64,000 bases of DNA, taken from Octopus sinensis. Its lineage: Eukaryota. The stretch lies in assembly GCF_006345805.1 (NCBI RefSeq), contig NC_042998.1:116312001-116376000 (forward strand), given 5' to 3'. Position numbers and translations under genes: made by a program. Every line of letters starts with the position of its first letter. Positions within the stretch are counted from its first letter, which is position 1. Positions 14,330-24,535 of this stretch are shown here, piece by piece. The notes beneath the pieces were generated by a model, which saw only the letters and a program-made list of their open reading frames with translations, did no database searches and had not been told where the DNA came from.

Positions 14330-15070
14330 TATTTTCTCAGAATAATTAACACTGCTATTTCCTTAGTTCTTAATTCTTCATATATTTGCCTCGCAATTAA
14401 TAGCTACTACTACACTTAGTACTTCCTCTACCTCTTAACCCACCATTCCTCTATCATTTATACTATAATACCTTTCTCTCTCTATCCCCACTCCTACTTT
14501 CAAACTACCTCCACTGACCAACCTATATCTTAATTTTTCTGTTTTCTTTTCGTTATTCTCTTTATTCATACCGTCAGGGATTTATTCTTTATTTTTGCTT
14601 TCTTCTTTCTCTTTAATTCTTTCTTTCTCTCCTCTCTTATCTCTTTTTTCCTTTCTTAGTCATTCCTCTGTTCCTGTTTTCAACTTGACCAAAGTAATAC
14701 ACTACCTATTTCTAGGTCAGTTTAAACACAAACCTCGAATCTGCTACATTCTATATAAATTCCCCACTGATTTGACCAACTTTAAGAGAATCTTACATTG
14801 CTTATAAACATTACATCTGGATGAACTCATATTAAACTCTGTTGGACTTTTGGATTTTACTCAAAGGATATTGGAATATTGCATATATATATAACATTAT
14901 GAATATAAAACGGATTTATGAACTCAATAACCATACATATCTTACATCTATTTCTTTCCTCCACCTCACTCTCTATTTGTATCACATCGAAAATAACTAT
15001 GACTTAATTTTTCATCTTACACCGTCTCCGATGATTAATAAATTATATTCTAGAAACAGCTGTAAGACAT
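14330..15070 (+). mobile_element. Probable Penelope-like terminal-repeat/3' UTR fragment ending in a minimal hammerhead motif
   Basis: Pyrimidine-rich non-coding tract that ends in the hammerhead fold at 15024-15068. The PLE assignment is inferred from that motif. Confidence 0.4.
15024..15068 (+). ncRNA. Minimal type I hammerhead ribozyme motif with U4C core substitution
   Basis: GUCU-CCGAUGA-[UUAAUAAAUUAUAUUCUA]-GAA-AC-AGCU-GU-A^AGAC. Stem I GUCU/AGAC, 2-bp stem III capped by the palindromic tetraloop AGCU, GUA cleavage triplet. Confidence 0.6.
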
Positions 15071-15140
15071 TATATCTATAAATGCTCTAATATCTATACG
15101 GCCTTGTTTTTTTTCATATATATATATATTTTATAGAAGG

Positions 15141-15191
15141 AGCTTCTACAGGACTAGAACTGTTTCATTAAAAAAAAATCATCAGGAAGCT
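15141..15191 (-). ncRNA. Type I hammerhead motif (left arm of palindrome)
   Basis: AGCUUC-CUGAUGA-UUUUUUUUUAAU-GAA-ACAG-UUCUAGUC-CUGU-A^GAAGCU. Perfect 6-bp stem I, intact core, 4-bp stem III, GUA site; stem II has collapsed to poly-U. Confidence 0.6.
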
Positions 15192-15424
15192 AGGTGACAA
15201 GAATAAATTTGGCATTTATACACTTAGGCAGGTTTAAAGGGGTGGTGGTAGGGGACTTTTTGGGGTAGGCATGGCGCAAACTATCATTCTTAGGGGAGTG
15301 GTCAAAGGAATCAGTGATAAAGTAAATAAAAGAATAAATAGAATAATAGAGTTTAGGTAAATAAGGAGACTCTCACTTATACATATATATATATACATAC
15401 ATATACACACATATATATATATAC

Positions 15425-15455
<31 letters not shown>

Positions 15456-15718
15456 CATACATACATACACATACACACATACATCCATATACACATGTAC
15501 ATATGCACCCATTTACATACATCTACGTACACACCCATACCCATACTCATACATACACACAAATATCTACACACATATATATATAAAAATAAATAAATAT
15601 AAAATAGGATATACACCCCCATACACACACGCTCACATATCTATATATGTATATATATATATACACACATTCATACACACACTTATATATAAATATATAT
15701 ATACATACATATACACAC

Positions 15719-15753
<35 letters not shown>

Positions 15754-16564
15754 CATATATATACACACACATATACATACACATACATTTGCATATACAT
15801 GCACACACATACACACACATTTCTTCCCTTATTTTTATTTTAATTTTTATTTTTATATTCATTTTTATTTTTATTGTTATTGTTTTTATTTGACCTCGAC
15901 CATCCAAGCCACTGAAGTAGGGTTCTCCCAAGGGAGCTTGCCTAGCTGGCTTAAAAAACCATTTATTGCCCATCTCCCTTCCTTTCTATGTTTCCTCCCA
16001 CTGATACGAACACAAACACTCACACACGCACACACACTCACATGCTTGCATGTGTGCTAATATGTACTTAAGGGCGTATGGATGTGTATATATGCGTATG
16101 TATGTTTATATGCACAAATGTCTGTATATAGGCATATGCGTCTATATATGTGGGCAGATGTTCTTGCGTGTTTATGTGTACCGAAGTACATTTATATATG
16201 TGGTTTTGCGTGTACATAGTTATGTGTACGTTTATGTGGAAGTCGGTACACTTATGTATGTATGAATATAACACGTGCGTCTGTGTATATGTATGAGTGT
16301 GTGTGTGAGTGTGTGTGCGTGTGTGAGTGTTTGTGTTCGTATCAGTGGGAGGAAAGATAGAAAGGAAGGGAGATGGGCAATAAATGGTAGAGTACCCTAC
16401 TTCTGTGGCTTGGATGGTCGAGGTCAAATAAAAACAATAACAATAAAAATAAGAATGAATATAAAAATAAAAATAAAAATAAGGGAAGAAATGTGTGTGT
16501 ATGTGTGTGCATGTATATGCAAATGTATGCGTATGTATATGTGTGTGTATATATATATGTATAT

Positions 16565-16595
<31 letters not shown>

Positions 16596-16882
16596 ATATG
16601 TATGTATATATATATATATATATATATATAAGTGTGTGTATGAATGTGTGTATATATATATATACATATATATAGATATGTAAGCGTGTGTGTATGGGGG
16701 TGTATATCCTCTTTTATATTTATTTATTTATATATATATGTGTGTGTAGATATGTGTGTGTATGTATGAGTATGGGTATGGGTGTGTACGTAGATGTATG
16801 TAAATGAGTGCATATGTACATGTGTATATGGATGTATGTGTGTATGTGTATGTATGTATATATATATATGTATATATGTATA

Positions 16883-16925
<43 letters not shown>

Positions 16926-17126
16926 ATATATATATGTATAAGTGAGAGTCTCCTTATTTACCTAAACTCTATTATTCTATTTATTCTTTTATCTACTCTA
17001 TCACTGATTCCTTTGACCACTCCCCTAAGAATAATAGTTAGCGCCATGCCTATCCCAAAAAGTTCCCTACCACCACCCCTTTAAACCTGCCTAAGTGTAT
17101 AAATGCCAAAACTATTCTTGTCACCT

Positions 17127-17177
17127 AGGTTCCTGATGATTTCATTTGAATGAAACAGTTCTAGTCCTGTAGAAGCT
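17127..17177 (+). ncRNA. Type I hammerhead motif (right arm of palindrome)
   Basis: AGGUUC-CUGAUGA-U-UUC-AUUU-GAA-U-GAA-ACAG-UUCUAGUC-CUGU-A^GAAGCU. Intact core, 3-bp stem II with U.U closure, 4-bp stem III, one G-G mismatch in stem I. Confidence 0.62.
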
Positions 17178-17260
17178 CCTTCTATAAAATAAATTAATTT
17201 ACTCTGCTATGTATTGAGTACCTTATTTACTGTGGTTAACCCCGACTCAACCCGGGACGT

Positions 17261-17317
<57 letters not shown>

Positions 17318-17365
17318 ATATGTATGTAGGTATGTATGTGTGTATGTATGTATGTATGTAAAACC

Positions 17366-17867
17366 CAGGGATCGAGGTGTAGGAAGAAAGTTAGCTTCAA
17401 GCAATCCGCACTCGGTATAAACAAAACAAACAACTTTAAGGGACAATAGTAGAAAGTTGTTCATTTTTTTCATATCGAAGAACGATAAGCTGAAAAAAAG
17501 TTATTTTTTATATTCTAATGTAGGCGACCAGGGTTGGCGAGTATGTGTATAAGAATACAAGAGTTACGGAGAGGCGTAGGTAAAACCCAGGCTACATATG
17601 GAGCTCCGCCCGCTATGAAACAAAGTAGCCGGGCCTTACTTACACTATTCTGTAACTCTTGTTATCCTATTCGCACACCTGGTAACCATGGTCGCCTACC
17701 GTGGAATATAAGAACTATTTTTCATCTAATCGTCCTTCGATACAAACAAAAGCAAAACCACAACCTTCCGTCTGAATAAACTACCATTGTCCCTGAAAAT
17801 TGTTGCTTTATATATATTTACTACGAATTGCTTGAAGCTAACTTTCTTCCTACACCTCGATCCTGGG
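17366..17867. repeat. Diverged inverted pair of a ~240-bp repeat
   Basis: The 37-bp block 17369-17405 is the exact reverse complement of 17827-17863. Further mirrored blocks include agggacaat, taggcgacca and acaagagttac. Confidence 0.85.
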
Positions 17868-18129
17868 ATCTTAAAATTATATATCACTTGTTCATATTCT
17901 AGTGAACGCTGTGTGGAAGACACGGACATGGAGAAAATGAAATTAAACTCGTCGCTTGAGGAGATCTCACTTAGCAACAATATATGAAACTCGTCATTCA
18001 CGCTACAAGCGAATTACCTTCTTCCTCCCACTCACTTATATCTTCTTCCCGTTCCCTTTTCCCCCTTCTAAAACTTATTCCTCCCTACATTTATATACGT
18101 CTCTCATACTGTGCTCTCTACTCATTCTT

Positions 18130-18540
18130 TCGTATTGTATTTGTTGTTTCTCCACAAATGCTGGGAATACGGCCTCAAATGATCGGCACCATTCATCGTG
18201 CCGTAGAGCTTTCCCTCTCGTTTGTCTGGGAAGATGCCGCAGGTCTTCATGTATCTTTTTAGCACATCCCTGCATTGCGAAGTCTAATTACCAGGACCCC
18301 GCCCTCGGAGAAGCAGTTCGGCATAGCAAACTACCGTTGGGTGGTTGTTGTCCTCCTGTAAAACATTTCCACCCAGCGTAGCTGTAATAAGGTAGTAAGG
18401 GACTAGGCACTAACTGCCCAAGTACGGCGCAGGACATCTACGCCAGGAATGCAATCCTGCCATCTGATATGCGAGATGGAGAGCAGATTACAAAGGACTC
18501 GTATTATGGTATTGTTTTGCCGCCGGCATTCTGTGATTTA
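18130..18540 (-). mobile_element. RTE (BovB-like) LINE 3' fragment, decayed
   Basis: Frameshifted HIRWQDCIPGVDVLRR...QLRW...EDNNHP..VCYAEL..G.GPG...DVLKRYMKTCGIFPD, matching the RTE post-RT region. Confidence 0.7.
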
Positions 18541-18657
18541 GAGGAGGAATGCGAGCACTGCAGCAATTATATATACATGCATGCATACATACGTAGATAT
18601 TTATACATATATACATGCATCCTTGTATGAAAGTATGTATATATACGTGTATCTATC

Positions 18658-18726
<69 letters not shown>

Positions 18727-19581
18727 ACGTTCCCCAAATCTAAGACGTTATCTCTGGTTACACTTCTTTCTAATAAATTAAGCCAACGTCATAATTTCAA
18801 ACTTTGTTCTACTGTTCCATTTTTATTGGTTAGTTCATTGTACTACGCACTCACTCACTCACACACACACACGCACGCACACGCATATACACGCACTCAC
18901 ACCCAAAAGCTTTGTGATGTGGGTACCTTAGCAAGAACCCATTTCCCTTATTTTTATTTAAATCAACTTGCCTCAAATTAAGACTGGTTAAAGAAGGATT
19001 TCAAGCGCATGTTTTGTACACTTGAACACATTAAATAAACCGATGAATCTGATACAGCAAAAACAAATCATTTAGAAAGAACAATTTAAAGATGAAATTA
19101 ATGATTTATAGAATAATGGAATGGCTAATACGCACATGACCAATGTGCTCATGTGTGCATATGTTTGTGTGTGTGTGCGTGCGTATAAGCCAAAACTATA
19201 ACGCTATATAAAAAGGCCATGAAATAAAAATATATATAAGTTGCACTTGAGATTCATATCATCTTTAATGGGATTTGAACACATCGATGAATAATATTCT
19301 GATTTCTGCGATCTGTTACCCTTCACCGCAAAACATCGTACTGGAGCAGACGTGAAATATCAATCTATGTCAAAATTAAATTTTCCAGGCTAAATTCCAT
19401 TACAGATCATCAATCATTCCTCAAAGCAAAATTTATGAATCTTTCAAACAGGTAATTATAGCTTGAGAAATTATACGTATATCAAGAAGAAAGTTTTGTT
19501 TGGAGCGATAGTAAAGTTATTTTGTTTATATGAGTCGATAGAAAGACATATCATATTTAACTATAGAAAATTAATACTTAC

Positions 19582-19763
19582 ATTTGCTAAAATCATTTTG
19601 ACGAATGTGGTATTACAATCGACCATTATGCGAAACTCTCCATTGTTCTTTAGTTCCTTCATGATGGATATATAGTTCCCATTGACCATTTCTAATTTAC
19701 GCACTGTAACCTCAAAGTCGTTGTCTTGAGTAGCTTTTAGTATCTCTTGAAGTCGTACTAACC
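19582..19763 (-). CDS. GRIK-like: Internal exon of a kainate-type ionotropic glutamate receptor (amino-terminal/LIVBP-like domain)
   Basis: Minus strand reads tttttctttttggatatttccag|GG TTA GTA CGA...GCA AAT|gtaagta, a canonical acceptor and donor (phase 1 to phase 0, 182 nt). Translation: GLVRLQEILKATQDNDFEVTVRKLEMVNGNYISIMKELKNNGEFRIMVDCNTTFVKMILAN. It aligns without gaps to vertebrate GluK2 [61 protein letters not shown] (recalled from memory; 19/61 identical). Missed by the ORF track because the start-to-stop part is under 60 aa. Confidence 0.88.
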
Positions 19764-20913
19764 CTGGAAATATCCAAAAAGAAAAATAAATTAAAGTTGA
19801 TAGTTAGCTCAAGTTCAGAAAAGCACAAGCAAATATAATCATTCCTCCACACTACTGTCATTCCTCAGATTCTAAAAAATAAAACAACTTTATTGTAGAA
19901 AACATTTGAAAACACGCTATCTTTTAAAAGAATGATAGACCTGTGTAGAAAAGTATTTGTAAAGCTACTGTATATTTTATGTGACTCCGACGCAAAAATA
20001 TATATTATGATATTATATGGACCATTTTTCCTGATCTTTCCAAAAACAACCTTCGGCACATTTTTGAATTCCATATGGCGAACACTTTGGACATGCTTTC
20101 AAAATCAAAATATCAACGCAATACCCATAACTATCGGAAACATTTTTAGACGATCAGAACTCTTGAAGTATGGAATAAACAACACAAATGAGTCGTTAGC
20201 TATCGAGACATAACGTCCTTCAAATCTTCCATGCTTCCTGAAATCCGCCAACAGTACACCTGGTGTTTTTTTTCTCCTGACTTTTTTTCCCTGATTTCTT
20301 TCATATATCTATACACTTTCAACTTATTTTCTTTGACTTAGCTTTTTTAATGTTGGAAATATATTTGTATGTGTATTATCATGTGTATTATTACAGATAA
20401 TTGATAATTTAATCAATATATCTTATCGCCCCAAAATAACCTACAAGGATATACAGATGGACATATTCTTATACAGGTAATCAGGAATGAAACAATCACC
20501 CCTATAAATGTAAGTGTGTAAAACATAACCAAGTTATGTATATTATCATTATGAGGTACTTCGTAAATTAATTTTACAAAAATATTTGCCACATAGTAAT
20601 AATAATTATTTACGATATTGAAGTATGGTTGAATAATTCTTGCAACAATTTACTAATTTCAGCGGTACACGTATTTCAGTGGGAATGTTGTTCGACTGGA
20701 GAAAATTGACGGGATCCACGTGCAAAAACAGTCAACTTAATTGTCGAATTTGTTTGATAGTGATGGGAGAACTATTAAGAATATATACAAGAGTGTATAC
20801 AGGGAAAATAACTGTATCAAGCAAAATAGCCCAGATAATATCTGAATACATCAAAAAGTATTCATTTCTTTAATATGTACATACCAAGGTGAATTTAATA
20901 TATAAAATCATTT

Positions 20914-21128
20914 AAGGCAGAGAGCCTGCAGAATCATTACCCCGCCGGATAAAATTTTTATCGCATTTTGTCCGTCTTTATGCTCTGAGTTCAAATTCCA
21001 CCATGGTCGACTTTGTATTTCATCCCCTTCGGGTGTCGATAAAATACGCATTAGGTGAGCATTCTGGTCTATTTAATCAACTAGCAGCCTCTCGCGAACT
21101 TACTGGCCTTGTGCCAAAATTTGAAACC
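20914..21128 (+). mobile_element. tRNA-derived SINE (family A; ggtcgat-containing central domain)
   Basis: B-box-like gagttcaaattcc followed by gtcgactttg..catcc..tcgggg.gtcgataaa; the same family recurs at 21795-21990, 27249-27452 and 60582-61082. Confidence 0.75.
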
Positions 21129-21471
21129 GATATATAAATTCATTTAAAATCTTTAAAGAAAGAGACCAACAAAAGCTTCAACCTTTTTTGCAATATTTCA
21201 ATTAAAACATATTCTTTCATGTGGAAGTTATATTTTGTAGTAGAAATCAACGTTCATAATATATCTTCACTAAAATATACGGGAATGTCAAAATAAGTAT
21301 AATAGTTTTAAAATACGTTTATTTTACAGTGCATATAATTTATATCTTTCACTACATTTAGAATTGAGCAATTTTGAGAAATACTAATATACGCATAGAA
21401 TAAATCTGATATTTCGTTTTTGGATTCGGCTTGCAAAATTCTTTGTATGAGTTCGTGTGTTGAAGCATATT

Positions 21472-21738
21472 CTGTTATGTCTGGGGAGAGTCATTTTCTT
21501 TTTGTGCCTTATAATGTAACACACTTACCGGTAAAATTTCCACTTTTTTTCTTATTTTTATTTTCCTAAAATTTTCGTTGCGTCTTGCAACATTTTCAAT
21601 AGTTTTGAATATTGAAAACGTTGCAAGTTGCAACGAAAATTTTAGGAAAATAAAAATAAGAAAATAGTGGAAATTTTACCGGTGAGTGTGTTACATTATA
21701 AGGCATAAAAACAAAATGACTCTCCCCAGAAATAACAG
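21472..21738. repeat. ~270-bp near-perfect fold-back (MITE-like palindrome)
   Basis: Left ctgttatgtctggggagagtcatttt..taatgtaacacacttaccggtaaaatttccact..; right ..agtggaaattttaccggtgagtgtgttacattata..aaaatgactctccccagaaataacag. Confidence 0.9.
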
Positions 21739-21794
21739 TATAAATCTGATAATTAATCTAATAAGTATAGAATCATCTCGTATTAGGCTGACAA

Positions 21795-21990
21795 CACATT
21801 TTGGCATAAAGACAGCAATTGCGGGTTAAGTGTAAGCCGATTACATCGGTCCCAGTACTTAACTGATATTTATTTTATCAACCCCCAAGTGATGAAAGGC
21901 AGAGTCGACATAGGCGGAATTTGAACTCGGAATATAAAGACACATGAAATACGGCCAAGGGTTTTGCCGGGCATACTAAAGATTTTGACA
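21795..21990 (-). mobile_element. tRNA-derived SINE (family A)
   Basis: Reverse complement of the family A motif (gatgaaaggcagagtcgac..ggcggaatttgaactc). Confidence 0.7.
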
Positions 21991-22819
21991 GCTGAATGCA
22001 TTCTGGCAAGCAAATACGATAGAACATTTGTTATAAGCTCATTAAGAAGTGGGTTTATAAGATAATTGGGATGAAAAATTATCAATTGCAGAACTACTTG
22101 ATTCTGTTTACTAAACAATAAGATATCGCACTCGACAAAACTATTTTTCATATCAAAAGAAAATTAATAAGATGGGTATCATATAAAGAAATAAGGATAT
22201 AATTTCTCAGATGATTACATTTATCTTCATATAGAAAATTCCTACAGTAGGTTTTGATCAACTTGCCCTCAGATCGTAAAGTAATGTTTTTTTATTCGAT
22301 ATGTAATATCCAGTAACATTTGCATAATCCGAACAACGACACACGATGACAATCGAAGGTTAATTTTCTCGTAAGTGACTGGAATTAATTTTGTGAAGTA
22401 TATTCCTAATATTTTGAAAATTTCTCCTTTTTTGCATGACAACTACTGAAAGTTACCGTTATTTGTTTGTGTCTCTCTCAAGAAAATTAGGGAAGTAGTA
22501 AGAAGAGAAAACTGTGGGTGTACATTAATAGTATATCAGCCCATATTTATTCGTTTATCGTATAAGCTTCGTTGTATTGTTTGTTCAGCTTCTCTGAAAT
22601 CAATTTCCACTAGTTTTATTTTCATTTTCAAGTATAACTAGTGTCATATTATATACTGTTTGTTGCTTACATTTAAGAAGATCGAGCTAAACTTAACAAG
22701 ACATGGCTGCTAGTATTTATAGACCGTAAACAGTAACTATCTTCAGGTATCACATTTCGTACACGTTCGTGATATTCCGCACTTGACTCTTGAAAATAAT
22801 AAAATAACAAACGCGCCCT

Positions 22820-23050
22820 TTTCAAACCTAGCCAGGCTCATGGGCCCGGTTTCTATGGCGTATGTGTTCCACAGCTGGACGGGACACTAGTCCATCGGAG
22901 TGTTACTCATTTTTCCCAGCTGAGTGGACTGGAGCAACATGAAATGAAGTGTTTTGCTCAAAAACACAACGCGTCACTCGGTCCAGGAATCGAAACCACA
23001 ATCTTACATCATGGTGTTGACACCCGGACCACTAATCCACACGCTTCCAC
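22820..23050 (-). mobile_element. tRNA-derived SINE with CORE-like domain
   Basis: Minus strand reads a tRNA-like head with ggtttcgattcctgg, then gcgttgtgtttttgagcaaaacacttcatttca..gctccagtccactcagctgg. Confidence 0.55.
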
Positions 23051-23479
23051 GACTCCTGGAACTAGGATACGTTAAATCACGTTTAAACTGCGTCACACTA
23101 TATACACAAGGACTGTAGCTATTACGTATATTCTCCTTGTTGCATTAATATAGCATTTGAACATTAACTTCTCACTTTGTTTCTATACACTGATTTTGTT
23201 GTTTAGCTTTAAGTAAACTGATTGAAAAACTTTATCATCTAAGATATTATTTTTAATCCTATATAGTATCATAAATAATGAATACTTATAGTTGCAATAT
23301 GCAATTTGGATTTGATGAAATATAGCTGCTCCTTTGAACAGCATAGAATGAACTTTAGATTTATTGAATGAAATGTTATGAAATGTATGCTTTCCTTTGA
23401 TGCCTTTGCATTAATATTAGTCAGCGCAGATCCCACTAACTCCTGCGGACTCTAATATTTAAATATACCACATAGGGAT

Positions 23480-23940
23480 TTCCGCATTGTGTGTCCATTT
23501 TTCTATGTGGTCTTTCATTTCTTTATATTTCGTTTTAATCAGCCTGAAACACTATAAGTTCTGCATGTCCCTTAATACAACTATTTCATTGCAATTCAAA
23601 TGTTTCTGCAATTTTGATTATTTCCCCATTCTCCCTTTTAGATTGTATCACAAACAAGTCTATTCTACATTTCTTTCCGTAAAGTAGACAATCTGTGTCT
23701 TTGAAGAATTCCATTTCCTTATCTGTATTTCTCGCTATGATCTACCTTCTTATGTGCAATAACATCAATGTCATATTCATATTCTGTTTCTTAAAATCTA
23801 TTCAGTTCAGATCCTGTTTAGAGGCCAATAGGAAGAAAACTATTCTTCACATGCATAATTTCTATATTATGGTCTCGTATTCTTCTGCAACTGTCCAACC
23901 CGTACATGTTAACGTGCTCCTACTTTGGTGTCCTTAACAA
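23480..23940 (-). mobile_element. Highly decayed LINE apurinic-endonuclease-like remnant
   Basis: Weak traces (VGA.*.V.G; EYDIDVIA) resembling the APE N-terminus. Many stops. Confidence 0.3.
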
Positions 23941-24069
23941 TTTATCTCTATTGACAATAGAGAAAGTATAAACTTTATCACGATTTTATATTTGTCATTC
24001 ATTTTTTCAGAAATACACTAATTTAGTTTCTTCAAAAGGAATTCACAAAATATTGGGATGTATGCAGAA

Positions 24070-24487
24070 TTTATTGACGGATTGCTTGCTAGTTGTTTGA
24101 CCTTAACCAGTTGACAATGTCCCTTAGTGGCTGACGATATGTGCATCTCTGAACACGAACAGAAGTAGCGGGGGAGCCTCATAGCCGTGTGTTGAAAGGA
24201 ATTCTTGGTGGTTTGGATAATTCACCTTTGAAATCATCCTTAAACAATCCTTATTCAGGGACCTTTTGAGCGGGATGGGGTATTCGACAAGAAGAAAATT
24301 CTAACAGGGCCCCACCTGCAAGGTCATGCGCTGTTTATCTTGATATGAGATCAGCATATCTTACACATATGGTTGTAATGCATGTGCCCAGTGTAACCTT
24401 ATCAGACAGGTAGACATGATGGGTATACTGGGCTTCGTATATTTTATCCCAGTGTCACTTTGATGACATGCCCTGCTCTCTCACTCA

Positions 24488-24488
<1 letters not shown>
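24070..24488. repeat. Interspersed repeat abutting (AAT)n, unclassified
   Basis: GC-elevated non-coding block that ends directly at the (AAT)n tract 24489-24534. Resembles retroelement UTR sequence; not identified. Confidence 0.35.

Positions 24489-24534
<46 letters not shown>

Positions 24535-24535
<1 letters not shown>

Larger units (their letters stand above)
15127..17191. repeat. ~2.06-kb inverted duplication (arms ~15127-16042 and ~16304-17191, spacer ~260 bp)
   Basis: For example, 15128 attttatagaaggagcttctacaggactagaactgtttcat is the reverse complement of 17150-17190. Unique blocks and microsatellite tracts mirror throughout, with scattered substitutions and an indel of about 30 bp near 15925-15957. 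Confidence 0.95.
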
